A stretch of DNA of 64,000 nucleotides. It comes from Sphingobacteriales bacterium (lineage in GTDB: Bacteria; Bacteroidota; Bacteroidia; UKL13-3). The notes below the pieces were generated by a model. That model made no database searches and was not told the origin of the DNA. It saw only the letters and a program-made list of their open reading frames with translations. The stretch covers positions 9,899 to 73,898 of the forward strand of contig JAJTEN010000005.1 in NCBI GenBank assembly GCA_021298155.1. The letters run 5' to 3'. Positions 1 through 9,628 of the stretch are shown here, piece after piece (within the stretch, counting starts at the first letter, position 1; every line of letters begins with the position of its first letter). The translations under genes were made by a program, and so were the position numbers.

Positions 1-319
<319 letters not shown>

Positions 320-344
320 TTACAAGATTACGGTATTATTAGGC

Positions 345-382
345 ACAAAAAAAAGGCTATCTCCAAGGAGATAGCCTTTTTC
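345..382 (-). terminator. Rho-independent terminator after tsf
   Basis: Hairpin ggctatctc-caag-gagatagcc flanked by an A-run and a T-run. On the minus strand it is followed by a T9 tract, 10 nt after the tsf stop. Confidence 0.7.
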
Positions 383-391
383 AATAAAAAT

Positions 392-1219
392 TTATAATGA
401 AATTCGCTTAAATGAAGTTACAGTTAAACCTTTTTCAACTTCATCTAACATTTGAGCGATGGTTTTGCTGCTATCTTTTACAAACTCTTGGTTTAATAAA
501 GTATTTTCTTTGTAGAACTTACCTAATTTACCTTGCGCAATTTTTTCTAACATTGCTTCAGGTTTTCCTTCAGCGCGCGCTTGGTCCATACCAATAGCAA
601 TTTCACGTTCAATGATTGATTGATCTACGCCATCTTTATCAACAGCTACTGGATTAAGGGCAGCAATCTGCATGGCCACATCTTTACCTGCAATAAAATT
701 TCCTTCGCTAGGTGCAAGATTTAATGAAACCAACACACTCAGCTTATTACCTGCATGGATATATGGAACAATATTTTCACCAGTTACAATTTCGTATTTA
801 ACTACGTCAATTTTTTCGCCAATTTTACCAACTTGCTCGGTAATTTTATCTGCAACAGTTAATCCGTCCATTGGCAAAGCTTTTAACGCATCAATAGAAG
901 CTGCTTTGTTTGCAATTGCAATTTCGGCTAATTTGTGCGTGAAGGCCACAAAATCCTCATTTTTTGCAACGAAGTCGGTTTCACAACTTAATTGTACGAT
1001 TACGCCTAATTTTCCATCTGTAGAAATTTTGGCAATGATTGCACCTTCTTTCGCATCGCGATCAGCACGGTTTGCAGAAATTTTAGCGCCTTTTTTACGT
1101 AAGAAATCTACAGCAGCATCAAAATCACCATTGGTTTCTTGTAATGCTTTTTTGCAGTCCATCATCCCAGCGCCAGTCATTTGGCGTAGTTTGTTTACAT
1201 CAGCTGCACTTATACTCAT
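392..1219 (-). CDS. tsf: Translation elongation factor Ts
   Basis: 275 aa. The N-terminal UBA-like MSISAADVNKLRQMTGAGMMDCKKAL is diagnostic of EF-Ts. Sits downstream of rpsB. Confidence 0.97.
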   Translation of the reverse strand: MSISAADVNKLRQMTGAGMMDCKKALQETNGDFDAAVDFLRKKGAKISANRADRDAKEGAIIAKISTDGKLGVIVQLSCETDFVAKNEDFVAFTHKLAEIAIANKAASIDALKALPMDGLTVADKITEQVGKIGEKIDVVKYEIVTGENIVPYIHAGNKLSVLVSLNLAPSEGNFIAGKDVAMQIAALNPVAVDKDGVDQSIIEREIAIGMDQARAEGKPEAMLEKIAQGKLGKFYKENTLLNQEFVKDSSKTIAQMLDEVEKGLTVTSFKRISL

Positions 1220-1266
1220 AATTTTTAATTTTGAATGTTAAAATAATTTGTTTGACTAAATATATT

Positions 1267-1301
1267 TAAAAAAGCCCCCGCCTTGTGGCGGAGGCTTTTT
1301 T
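1267..1301 (-). terminator. Hairpin plus T-tract between rpsB and tsf (terminator or attenuator)
   Basis: gcccccgcc-ttgt-ggcggaggc (one mismatch) flanked by A6 and T6, immediately after the rpsB stop on the minus strand. Confidence 0.6.
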
Positions 1302-1303
1302 GA

Positions 1304-2047
1304 TTAAGCTTGCTCTTTTTCAGCAACAACTTCTTTATCGGCTGTTTCTTCTTTTTCGCGCTTGCGCTCAGATAAACCTTCAACAATCGCATCTGTAATG
1401 TAGCGCGTAATCAATGCAATTGATTTTGCTGCATCATCATTAGCTGGAATTGGGAAGTCTACTAAAGTTGGATCTGAGTTCGTATCTACGATTCCAAAAG
1501 TAGGAATGTTTAACTTAGTGGCTTCAGCAACAGCAATGTGCTCACGTTTGATGTCTACAATAAGTAAAGCAGCTGGTAAACGATTTAAGTCTGCAATACC
1601 ACCTAATACTTTTTTCAACTTAATTTTTTCGCGGTCTATCATTAGACGCTCTTTTTTGTTGATGTTCGTATAAGTACCATCTTGCGCTAATTTTTCAAGC
1701 GTTTGCAGTTTCTTAATACTTTTTCTAACTGTACCAAAGTTTGTAAGCATACCACCTAACCAGCGGTCGCAAACGTATGGCATGTTAACACGTTTAGCTT
1801 CAGTTTCCATAATTTCTTTCGCTTGCTTTTTGGTAGCAACGTAAAGAACTTTTCTTCCTGACTTTACAATGTTCTTAATGGCTTGAGCGGCCTCATCCAG
1901 CTTAACGGCTGTTTTGTGTAAATCGATGAGGTGGATTCCGTTTTTCTCCATAAAAATATATGGTGCCATTTTCGGATTCCATTTACGGGTTAAGTGACCA
2001 AAGTGCACTCCCGCTTCCAGCAACTCTTCGTGCGTGATTTTTGACAT
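1304..2047 (-). CDS. rpsB: 30S ribosomal protein S2
   Basis: 247 aa. LLEAGVHFGH...RKWNPKM motif of S2, with an acidic C-terminal tail. Confidence 0.97.
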   Translation of the reverse strand: MSKITHEELLEAGVHFGHLTRKWNPKMAPYIFMEKNGIHLIDLHKTAVKLDEAAQAIKNIVKSGRKVLYVATKKQAKEIMETEAKRVNMPYVCDRWLGGMLTNFGTVRKSIKKLQTLEKLAQDGTYTNINKKERLMIDREKIKLKKVLGGIADLNRLPAALLIVDIKREHIAVAEATKLNIPTFGIVDTNSDPTLVDFPIPANDDAAKSIALITRYITDAIVEGLSERKREKEETADKEVVAEKEQA

Positions 2048-2066
2048 ATTAATTGATAAATTCTGA

Positions 2067-2453
2067 TTAACGTTTTACGAATTGGAAACGCTTACGAGCC
2101 TTCTTCTGTCCTGGCTTTTTACGTTCAACCATTCTTGGGTCGCGAGTTAATAAACCTGCAACTTTCAATGCTGGTTTTAATTCAGCGTTGTGTTTAACCA
2201 ATGCACGAGAGATGGCTAGTTTAATAGCATCTGCCTGACCAGTATGTCCGCCACCATCAACATGTATGGTTGCATCAAACTGACCCATTGTATTGGTCAC
2301 TTCAAACGCTTTTGCTGCAGAAATTTGCAAGCTTAGCGTAGGAAAGTATGTTTTGTAATCTTTCTTGTTTACAGTTAAATTGCCAGTACCTGCTGTAAGG
2401 TATACACGTGCAACAGCTGTTTTTCTTCTTCCTAATGCGTTATTAATTTCCAT
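2067..2453 (-). CDS. rpsI: 30S ribosomal protein S9
   Basis: 128 aa. GRRKTAVARV... and the C-terminal ...KKARKRFQFVKR are typical of S9. Confidence 0.97.
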   Translation of the reverse strand: MEINNALGRRKTAVARVYLTAGTGNLTVNKKDYKTYFPTLSLQISAAKAFEVTNTMGQFDATIHVDGGGHTGQADAIKLAISRALVKHNAELKPALKVAGLLTRDPRMVERKKPGQKKARKRFQFVKR

Positions 2454-2456
2454 CTC

Positions 2457-2900
2457 TTAGAATTTTAATTCTTTTGGTTGTTGAGCTGCATGTGGATGTT
2501 CTGCGCCAGCATATACATGCAAGTTGCGGAATAATTCTGCACCCAATTTTGTTTTTGGCAACATGCCTTTGATACCATGCTCTACGATGTAGGTTGGGCG
2601 ACGAACCAAAATATCTTTGGCTATTTCACGTCTTAATCCACCTGGATATCCTGAAAAGAATTTGTATTCTTTTTCATTCATCTTGTTGCCAGTGAAACGA
2701 ATTTTATCAGCATTGATAATAATCACGTAATCACCACAATCAGCATGTGGTGTAAATGATGGCTTGTGTTTGCCACGTAAAATGTTTGCCACTTTTGAGG
2801 CAAATCTTCCTAAGGTTTGTCCTTCAGCATCAATCACATGCCAGTTTTTGGTAGTGCTTGCCTTATTGGCTGAAATTGTTTTGTAACTTAATGCGTCCAC
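2457..2900 (-). CDS. rplM: 50S ribosomal protein L13
   Basis: 147 aa. WHVIDAEGQTLGRFASKVANILRGKHKP matches L13. A 3-nt gap to rpsI is the classic rplM-rpsI pair. Confidence 0.97.
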   Translation of the reverse strand: MDALSYKTISANKASTTKNWHVIDAEGQTLGRFASKVANILRGKHKPSFTPHADCGDYVIIINADKIRFTGNKMNEKEYKFFSGYPGGLRREIAKDILVRRPTYIVEHGIKGMLPKTKLGAELFRNLHVYAGAEHPHAAQQPKELKF

Positions 2901-2927
2901 GCTTATACAGTTTTATTAAAGGGGTTG

Positions 2928-2935
2928 CAAAAATA
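2928..2935 (-). promoter_or_regulatory. Putative Bacteroidota -7 box (TAnnTTTG) for the rplM operon
   Basis: The minus strand reads TATTTTTG 27 nt upstream of the rplM ATG. A TTTG lies about 23 nt further upstream (2959-2962). Motif match only. Confidence 0.3.
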
Positions 2936-3067
2936 GGCCAAGTTTTTTTAATTCACAACAAAATGTTTAAAAAATTTTAGTCCTATATTTTGGGGAAGCG
3001 AAAATAAGCATATAAAATTGAATTACAACCCATTATTCATTTTACTAGGCAAAAACAGTTGGGTGTA

Positions 3068-3556
3068 TTAAATTTTAACAAACTTTTTAAACCTATATGC
3101 TCCAGCAGCATTGAATACAATTACGATGTATGGACCTGGTCTATAGCTATTTACTTCTGGCATGTCAAAAATAAATGGGGCAGCAAAATTATCACTAGAT
3201 GGTAAAGTGCGCTGAATCATTACTTTTCCAAAATAATCTAATACATACATGGTTGCTGGTCGCCCAGTGTTTTGTACAAATGTAAATCGCATAACATCTG
3301 TTTCTCCAACAAAATTCGGTATCATATCAAACTCAAACCCCGAACAAGGTCCGTCTGTATATGTTAAAACCCCATTTCGATAGCGGGCTTCACAATCATT
3401 TCTGTAAGTAATTTGGTCGCAGCCGCAAACAGGTCTGTAACTCGGGTCTGGACAAGCAAATCCGGGAGAAATAGCCAATGGATCTATACATTGACTATGT
3501 GCAGCATGTAAAATGAATCCGAAAAAAAATAGTATCAAGGAATATTTTTTTACCAT
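3068..3556 (-). CDS. Secreted Kazal-like domain protein with T9SS C-terminal sorting-like domain
   Basis: 162 aa. Signal peptide, then six Cys around PVCGCDQITYRNDCEA (Kazal core PVCG-x-D-x-x-TY-x-N-x-C). The C-terminal ~85 aa beta-rich tail ends ...YRFKKFVKI, like T9SS type-A CTDs. Confidence 0.7.
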   Translation of the reverse strand: MVKKYSLILFFFGFILHAAHSQCIDPLAISPGFACPDPSYRPVCGCDQITYRNDCEARYRNGVLTYTDGPCSGFEFDMIPNFVGETDVMRFTFVQNTGRPATMYVLDYFGKVMIQRTLPSSDNFAAPFIFDMPEVNSYRPGPYIVIVFNAAGAYRFKKFVKI

Positions 3557-3682
3557 AACAACTTTGTTTTCGGGTTTTTGCCCTCATTTGCAAATATAAA
3601 AATAGTTTAGCGATTGTGAATGAGCTAATGCGATTTATTTCAATAGTAAAAATTGCCTATTTTATGATTTATTTTGCCCATT

Positions 3683-4297
3683 ATGTTTAATAAATTAATA
3701 TACCTCATTAGGCACGGGGAAACAGATTTTAACAAATTAGGAATTGTTCAAGGTTCTGGAATCAATAGTGAATTAAATGAAAAGGGAAAACAACAGGCTC
3801 AATCTTTTTATCAGTATTACAAAGACATTCAATTTCAAAAAATTTACACTTCGGCTTTAATTCGAACCCAACAATCGGTTTTGCCATTTATTGAGGCTGG
3901 AAGGCCTTATCAAATATTTCCTGAGTTGAATGAAATTTCTTGGGGAGTTTTTGAAGGTAAACCTCAGAATGAGGCTGAAAGAAAAGCCTATTGGGATGTT
4001 GTTAATGCTTGGAAATTTGGAGATTTTTCGGCAAAAATTGAAGCAGGTGAAAGCGCTGCAGAACTGCATTTGCGTCAGCAATCTTTCATACAATTTTTGC
4101 GGTTGCAAAAAGAAAGTTGTGTTTTAGTGGCTACCCATGGCAGAGCTATGAAGAGTTTATTATGTGCTATGCTTCAGCTGCCACTTACACAAATGGAAAC
4201 CTTTGAACACAGCAACCTGTGTTTGTATATATTAGAATTTAATGGGAGTACGTTTGAGCTAATAAGTAGAAACAATACCCAACATTTGAGGGCTTAA
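3683..4297 (+). CDS. Histidine phosphatase family protein (phosphoglycerate mutase-like)
   Basis: LIRHGETDFN (RHG catalytic motif) near the N-terminus and a later ATHG. I prefer the ATG at 3683 over the TTG at 3674 used by the ORF track. Confidence 0.85.
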   Translation: MFNKLIYLIRHGETDFNKLGIVQGSGINSELNEKGKQQAQSFYQYYKDIQFQKIYTSALIRTQQSVLPFIEAGRPYQIFPELNEISWGVFEGKPQNEAERKAYWDVVNAWKFGDFSAKIEAGESAAELHLRQQSFIQFLRLQKESCVLVATHGRAMKSLLCAMLQLPLTQMETFEHSNLCLYILEFNGSTFELISRNNTQHLRA

Positions 4298-4313
4298 TTA
4301 GCCTGTCTCCAAA

Positions 4314-4353
4314 TAAAAAAGTCTAGAAACAACAGGTGTTTCTAGACTTTTTA
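4314..4353. terminator. Bidirectional terminator between convergent genes
   Basis: agtctagaaac-aacaggt-gtttctagact (11-bp perfect stem) flanked by A6 and T5. Confidence 0.7.
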
Positions 4354-4371
4354 AATTATACATTCTTGTTA

Positions 4372-5511
4372 TTATCTTAAGATTTCTCTTGAAATAACAA
4401 TGCGATTTACTTCGCTCGTTCCTTCATAAATTTGAGTGATTTTTGCATCACGCATTAATCGCTCTACATGATATTCTTTTACATATCCATATCCACCATG
4501 CACCTGAACAGCTTCTGTGGTTACCCACATGGCCGTTTCTGAGGCAAATACTTTTGCCATAGAACTCATTAGGGCATAATCTTTACCAGCATCTTTTAAT
4601 GCGGCTGCTTTAATCACCATTAAACGCGCGGCCTCAATTTGAGTAGCCATATCGGCTAATTTAAATTGGATCGCTTGGTGATGCATGATTTCTTTACCAA
4701 AAGCCTTGCGCTCTTTAGAATATTTAAGGGCTAATTCATATGCTCCACTTGCAATACCTAAAGCTTGTGCAGCAATTCCAATTCTACCTCCTGCTAATAC
4801 TTTCATGGCAAATTTAAATCCAAACCCGTCTTCGCCAATTCTATTTTCTTTTGGCACCTTTACATCTTGGAACATAATAGAATGTGTATCGCTTCCACGA
4901 ATACCCATTTTATCTTCTTTCTTACCAACGGTAACACCTGCCCAACTTTTTTCTACAATAAACGCATTGATACCTTTATGGCCTTTTTCTACATCTGTTT
5001 GGGCAATTACCAAATAATAAGTAGCCGAATTACCATTGGTAATCCAATTTTTGGTACCGTTTAACAAATAGTGATCGCCTTCATCTGTTGCCGTAGTTCT
5101 TTGAGAAGTGGCATCGCTTCCCGCTTCTGGTTCAGAAAGTAAAAAGGCGCCGTGAACCTGACCACTCGCCATCGGAACCAAGTATTTTTGCTTTTGTTCT
5201 TCTGAACCGTATGTTTCTAAGCCCCAACAAACCAATGAATTGTTTACAGAAACAACCACAGAAGCCGATGCATCTACCTTAGAAATCTCTTCCATAGCCA
5301 ACACGTATGATATGGTATCCATTCCAGAACCTCCGTACTTTGGATCAACCATAATGCCCATAAAACCTAACTCGCCCAATTTTTTAATTTGTTCGGCCGG
5401 AAATTTTTGTTCATTATCTCTTTCAATAACGCCGGGTAGCAATTCTGTTTGTGCAAAATCTCTAGCGGCTTGTTGAACATTTAAATGTTCTTCTGTAAAT
5501 TCAAAATTCAT
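4372..5511 (-). CDS. Acyl-CoA dehydrogenase (short-chain/butyryl-CoA type)
   Basis: 379 aa, full-length ACAD pattern: ...LSEPEAGSDA..., ...YEGTSEVNRIVISREIL at the C-terminus. Confidence 0.93.
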   Translation of the reverse strand: MNFEFTEEHLNVQQAARDFAQTELLPGVIERDNEQKFPAEQIKKLGELGFMGIMVDPKYGGSGMDTISYVLAMEEISKVDASASVVVSVNNSLVCWGLETYGSEEQKQKYLVPMASGQVHGAFLLSEPEAGSDATSQRTTATDEGDHYLLNGTKNWITNGNSATYYLVIAQTDVEKGHKGINAFIVEKSWAGVTVGKKEDKMGIRGSDTHSIMFQDVKVPKENRIGEDGFGFKFAMKVLAGGRIGIAAQALGIASGAYELALKYSKERKAFGKEIMHHQAIQFKLADMATQIEAARLMVIKAAALKDAGKDYALMSSMAKVFASETAMWVTTEAVQVHGGYGYVKEYHVERLMRDAKITQIYEGTSEVNRIVISREILR

Positions 5512-5581
5512 ATTCTGTGATTTAGTGCGGCGAATATATTACTTGCTTGCACATTTTCCAATCTGCTGGAAATGATTTTAC

Positions 5582-6076
5582 TTAGTTGGCTTTAATTTTT
5601 GACTCAATGGCGCTGGTAGAGTATCCTGGGATAAAATCTATTGTCTTGATTTCTCCACCTTTAGCTTGCACAATGTCGTAACCAACTATGTTTTCTACTT
5701 GGTAATCGCTTCCTTTTACCAAAATATCTGGCTGAACCAATTTTATTAATTCGTAGGGAGTAGGCTCATCAAATAAAATAACGGCATCTACAAAAGTTAA
5801 GGAGGCCAAAATAAGCATACGCGATTCTTGATCTTGAATAGGTCTGTGTGGCCCTTTTAATTTACTTACCGAAGCATCGGTGTTTACTCCAATAATTAAT
5901 TTATTCCCCAAATCTGCGGCTTTCGCAAGATAGTCTACATGCCCACGGTGTAAAATATCGAAGCAACCGTTGGTAAAAACAATCCTTTGCTTTTCCCTTC
6001 GCCATAAGTCTAATTGAGACTGCAATGCTTGCTGGGTCTCCATTATTTTGGTTCGAACCGAACTATGCTTGCTCAT
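5582..6076 (-). CDS. Stand-alone cytidylyl/adenylyltransferase of the RfaE/HldE domain II type
   Basis: 164 aa. VFTNGCFDILHRGHVDYL (HxGH nucleotidyltransferase motif), ...KGPHRP..., ...VKGSDY..., STSAIESKI. No kinase domain. Confidence 0.85.
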   Translation of the reverse strand: MSKHSSVRTKIMETQQALQSQLDLWRREKQRIVFTNGCFDILHRGHVDYLAKAADLGNKLIIGVNTDASVSKLKGPHRPIQDQESRMLILASLTFVDAVILFDEPTPYELIKLVQPDILVKGSDYQVENIVGYDIVQAKGGEIKTIDFIPGYSTSAIESKIKAN

Positions 6077-7058
6077 TTGATTTTTGTTTTTGCTGGGCCA
6101 TTACCAAAAGTGAGGCAATAGCGCCAATTATTAATAAAACAATCATTTGTAAACCATGCACTAGGGTGGCATATGCTATGCCATCTTCTTTTGCCACGCC
6201 GAAAAGCAGCAGTGATTGCATAACAAAAAAGTGGTAGGTTCCTGCTCCTGCGCCGGGTGCAGGTAATACAACACCAATTGTACCAATGGCAAAAACAACT
6301 AAACAATCAATAAAACCCAGAGAAGCGGTTGATTCTAAAGCAAATAAGCAAAAGTACATCATCAATATATACCCCAACCAAATGAGTATAGATAGTAGTA
6401 CAAATAACAATGGATTTTTTACATGTCTGATGCTTAATAATCCATCTCTGAAACCTTGGATCAGACCCAACAATTTTAGGTAGATTTTGCTATTAGTTAG
6501 TTTTTTTCTGAAGATAAAAAGGATTACAGAACCGATACCAATACAAATTAGTACCAAATATTTCCAATTCAAAGTTTGCGTAGCGGATGCATTCGCATTA
6601 TTTGCTAGTGTATCATTAATAAAGCTAGAAAGCAAATCAAATTTAAGTAAGAAAATAGAACCTAAGATAAGGAGCAGTAATGCCATGTCTACAATGCGCT
6701 CTGTAACTACTGAACCTAGCGATTTTTCTACTGGCATGCTGTCTGTTTTACTTAGTGCAGCGCAACGAGAAACTTCACCCGCACGCGGAATGATATAATT
6801 CATCATATAACCAATAAGTACGGCGTAAAAACTATTGGTAGTGTTTATTTTATAGTGCATGGCTTCATAAAGAAGCGTGGCCCGGTATGCCCTGATCCAA
6901 TGACTCAACAAAGAAATAAATACACCAATTGCCAACCAATTAAAATTGGCTCCGCTCATTTTTTCGAATAATTCATTCCAATGGGTATCTCTAAAAACAA
7001 AATAGAGAAAGAAACCACCTACCAAAAGGATGAGCCCATATTGGCTAAATTTTTTCAC
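6063..7058 (-). CDS. Polytopic membrane protein, flippase-like (UPF0104 / lysyl-PG synthase TM-region type)
   Basis: 331 aa, about 8 TM helices. The layout resembles the LPG_synthase_TM family (assignment from memory). Overlaps the downstream gene by 14 nt. Confidence 0.65.
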   Translation of the reverse strand: MKKFSQYGLILLVGGFFLYFVFRDTHWNELFEKMSGANFNWLAIGVFISLLSHWIRAYRATLLYEAMHYKINTTNSFYAVLIGYMMNYIIPRAGEVSRCAALSKTDSMPVEKSLGSVVTERIVDMALLLLILGSIFLLKFDLLSSFINDTLANNANASATQTLNWKYLVLICIGIGSVILFIFRKKLTNSKIYLKLLGLIQGFRDGLLSIRHVKNPLLFVLLSILIWLGYILMMYFCLFALESTASLGFIDCLVVFAIGTIGVVLPAPGAGAGTYHFFVMQSLLLFGVAKEDGIAYATLVHGLQMIVLLIIGAIASLLVMAQQKQKSNEQA

Positions 7059-7063
7059 AATTA

Positions 7064-7414
7064 TTAGTGGATTAACTTGTTATTATGGTCTGGATAAACC
7101 GCAATAGGTGTGTACTTTTTAGCTTCTTCAAAATCCATTAAACAATATGAAATGATAATGACAGAATCTCCAGTAGCAGCCTTTCTCGCAGCCGGACCAT
7201 TTAAACAAATCATGCCGCTGCCACGTTCACCTTTTATTACATAAGTTTCGAGGCGCTCACCATTATTAATGTTTACCACCTGAACTTTTTCATTCTCAAT
7301 CATATTGGCGGCATCCATTAAATCTTCGTCAATGGTGATACTGCCTACATAGTGTAATTCAGTCTGACTAACTTTAACACGGTGTATTTTCGATTTTAAC
7401 AGTTGTATTTGCAT
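7064..7414 (-). CDS. panD: Aspartate 1-decarboxylase
   Basis: [33 protein letters not shown] contains the self-processing G-S site. The ORF-track N-terminal extension (to 7525) is not PanD-like, so the start is set at the ATG at 7412-7414. Confidence 0.93.
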   Translation of the reverse strand: MQIQLLKSKIHRVKVSQTELHYVGSITIDEDLMDAANMIENEKVQVVNINNGERLETYVIKGERGSGMICLNGPAARKAATGDSVIIISYCLMDFEEAKKYTPIAVYPDHNNKLIH

Positions 7415-7576
7415 AGTTATTTTTGCACGGCAAAAGTAAGCAAATTGCATTAAGGTACAAATTTTTGTGTTTGGGTCTTTGCTTGTCAAAAATTGGTCAC
7501 AATGCCGTAAATTGATTTTTAGCATGATCAGGAACTTGGCTTTTCTATTTTATTTGCAGGCTATTTTAGCGTTAAA

Positions 7577-9607
7577 GTGATAAAGAAGTTTGCCACATAT
7601 TTGATTGGAAAATGCCTTATTTGGACTGTTCTGTGCACCTTTGTAATTGGGTGGATTGACAGCCAAGCTCAAAAATTAGATTCCCTTCAAAGTCTTGAAG
7701 AAATGGTAGTAACTGGGCAATATGAGGCCAATAGCCTGAATAAATCTGTGTTAAAAGTGAAGGTAATTGATGCCAAACGAATTGAAGCACAAGGCGCTTT
7801 TACTTTGCAACAGGTTTTGGCAAATGAACTCAATGTTCGGATTATTCAAGATCCAATTTTAGGAAGCAGTATGCAATTGCAGGGCGTGGGTGGTAACAAC
7901 ATTAAAATTTTAATAGATGGTGTACCCGTGGTAGGAAGAGAAAATGGCAATATAGATTTATCGCAAATAAACCTGCAAAATGTGGCACGCATAGAATTAG
8001 TAGAAGGCCCTATGAGTGTTAATTTTGGCACCGATGCCTTGGGTGGAGTAATAAATATCATTACCAAAAAACAGGCGGCCAAAAGTAAAACAGCAAGAAT
8101 AGGAGCCTATGCCGAATCTATTGGGCAGTACAATGCAGATTTAGCTTTGGGTTCGGCCAATGAGAAAAATAGTCTACTATTTGCCGCCAATCGTAACTTT
8201 TTTGGTGGATTTAGTGAAGACCCAAATAGTCGCGCTAAACTCTGGAAGCCACGCACCCAATACAATGCCGAATTAAGTTACTCTCGTTTTTTAAACAAAG
8301 GGCTGTTTCGATGGACAAACCAATTTTTTAGCGAAAAAATTATTGATAGGGGCGTGCCAAGTATAGATTGGACACAAGCCATTGCCCTAGATAGGCACTA
8401 CCAAACTAGCAGGTATAGCAGTAGTTTTTTCTATGATAAAAAGCATAATGGTAAGCGCAATATAAATGTAGTGGGTTCATATAATGTATACATGCGCAGG
8501 TTTAATACCTTGGTTAAAGATTTGGTTTCCCTCAATGAGCAAATGGTGGCCGTACCCTACGAGCATGATACCAATTGGTTTCATCAGGTGATGAGTAGGG
8601 GTACTTATGCCAATGTGGCTTTTTCTGAAAAACTAAGTTATCAAATGGGTTATGAGTTTAATCACGAGTTTTCATTTGGTTCGCGAATGGTAAATCAATC
8701 TGCAAATATGGGTGATTATAACCTTTTTGCCAGTACAGAATGGAAGCCATTTAAGCACTTTTTACTCAGACCTGCCATGCGTATTATTTATCATACGCAA
8801 TATAATGCCCCAATTGTGCCTAGCATAAATTTTAAGTACGACATCCGCGAATCTATTGCTGTAAGGGGCTCTTATGCTCGTGGGTTCAGGGCGCCAAGTT
8901 TAAAAGAGCTTTATTTACAATTTGTAGATGCCGCTCACAACATTAGAGGCAATGAACAATTGAGTGCTGAAACCTCAGATAATATGCAACTCGGACTCTC
9001 ATACGCGTATAAATGGGAGAGTAGAATAGTTCGGTTCGAACCGATTCTATTTTATAACCGCATACAAAACATGATAGATTTGGCCCGGGTAGGCAGTGGC
9101 AACGATGCGATGTTTCAATATGTAAATATCAATAATTTTACGAGCTATGGTTCTTCGTGTAATCTAGAATACAGAACAGAGCCCTACCAAGTTTCTTTGG
9201 GATATTCTGTTACTGGTAGGAAAAATGAATTACCCAATTATATGCCATCTAACCAGTTCTTTTATGCCCATGAATGGCGATTCAATGCGGCTTACCTTAT
9301 AAAAAAATATAATTTGAGTTTGAATTATTTTTGTAAGCTAAATGGTCGCATTCAAATTTATGAGTATAATGCGATACAAAATGATGTTACGCTTGATTTT
9401 ATAGATCCTTTTGCTTTGATGGATTTTACCATAAATAAATCATTCTTTAAACAACGCTTATCTCTCACAGGCGGCGTTAAAAATATTTTGGATGTAATTA
9501 ATGTAAATGCCAATTTGAGCAGTGGTCCGCATGCTTCTGGAAGCAGCATTGCAGCGGCGGGTATGGGTAGAAGTGGATTTATTGGGATTAAATATAGTTT
9601 TTTATAA
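7577..9607 (+). CDS. TonB-dependent outer-membrane receptor
   Basis: 676 aa. Signal peptide, plug domain (VVTGQ..., IEVVEGPMSVNFGTDALGGVINIITK), long beta-barrel ending in aromatic ...IKYSFL. GTG start. Confidence 0.9.
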   Translation: MIKKFATYLIGKCLIWTVLCTFVIGWIDSQAQKLDSLQSLEEMVVTGQYEANSLNKSVLKVKVIDAKRIEAQGAFTLQQVLANELNVRIIQDPILGSSMQLQGVGGNNIKILIDGVPVVGRENGNIDLSQINLQNVARIELVEGPMSVNFGTDALGGVINIITKKQAAKSKTARIGAYAESIGQYNADLALGSANEKNSLLFAANRNFFGGFSEDPNSRAKLWKPRTQYNAELSYSRFLNKGLFRWTNQFFSEKIIDRGVPSIDWTQAIALDRHYQTSRYSSSFFYDKKHNGKRNINVVGSYNVYMRRFNTLVKDLVSLNEQMVAVPYEHDTNWFHQVMSRGTYANVAFSEKLSYQMGYEFNHEFSFGSRMVNQSANMGDYNLFASTEWKPFKHFLLRPAMRIIYHTQYNAPIVPSINFKYDIRESIAVRGSYARGFRAPSLKELYLQFVDAAHNIRGNEQLSAETSDNMQLGLSYAYKWESRIVRFEPILFYNRIQNMIDLARVGSGNDAMFQYVNINNFTSYGSSCNLEYRTEPYQVSLGYSVTGRKNELPNYMPSNQFFYAHEWRFNAAYLIKKYNLSLNYFCKLNGRIQIYEYNAIQNDVTLDFIDPFALMDFTINKSFFKQRLSLTGGVKNILDVINVNANLSSGPHASGSSIAAAGMGRSGFIGIKYSFL

Positions 9608-9628
9608 ATGAGATACCGTATTATAGAT

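Noticed and set aside
672-1241. Long antisense ORFs from the six-frame track inside well-supported genes. Examples: 672-1241 in tsf, 4685-5017 in the acyl-CoA dehydrogenase, 51009-51455 and 51630-52031 in the hybrid kinase, 56328-56639 in glmS, 59154-59423 in the lipoprotein gene.
   Set aside because: They lie entirely opposite strongly recognisable proteins. Their composition is low-complexity and Ser/Ile/Phe-rich, as expected of shadow frames in AT-rich DNA, and they carry no motifs.
7415-7525. N-terminal extensions offered by the ORF track for panD. The same applies to rpoN 15736, the glutathione peroxidase 12135, the beta-barrel protein 14367, the TPR protein 19536, the endonuclease 46083 and menF 50507.
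   Set aside because: The extensions are not homologous to the known protein N-termini. They would also destroy signal peptides or overlap divergent neighbours. Internal ATGs give canonical N-termini.
7415-7576. The leader of the TonB-dependent receptor was checked for a cobalamin, TPP or other riboswitch. The leader region 11069-11270 upstream of ispH was checked for leader peptides (6- and 21-codon mini-ORFs).
   Set aside because: No conserved riboswitch cores (for example a B12 box) and no attenuator-like alternative hairpins. The mini-ORFs have no regulatory codon bias.
9041-9052. cggttcgaaccg (also ggttcgaacc near 6049-6058) looked like a tRNA T-arm (GGTTCGAA).
   Set aside because: Both lie inside solid CDS. 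They are simple palindromes around TTCGAA, and no acceptor, D or anticodon stems can be drawn around them. I found no tRNA anywhere in the window.
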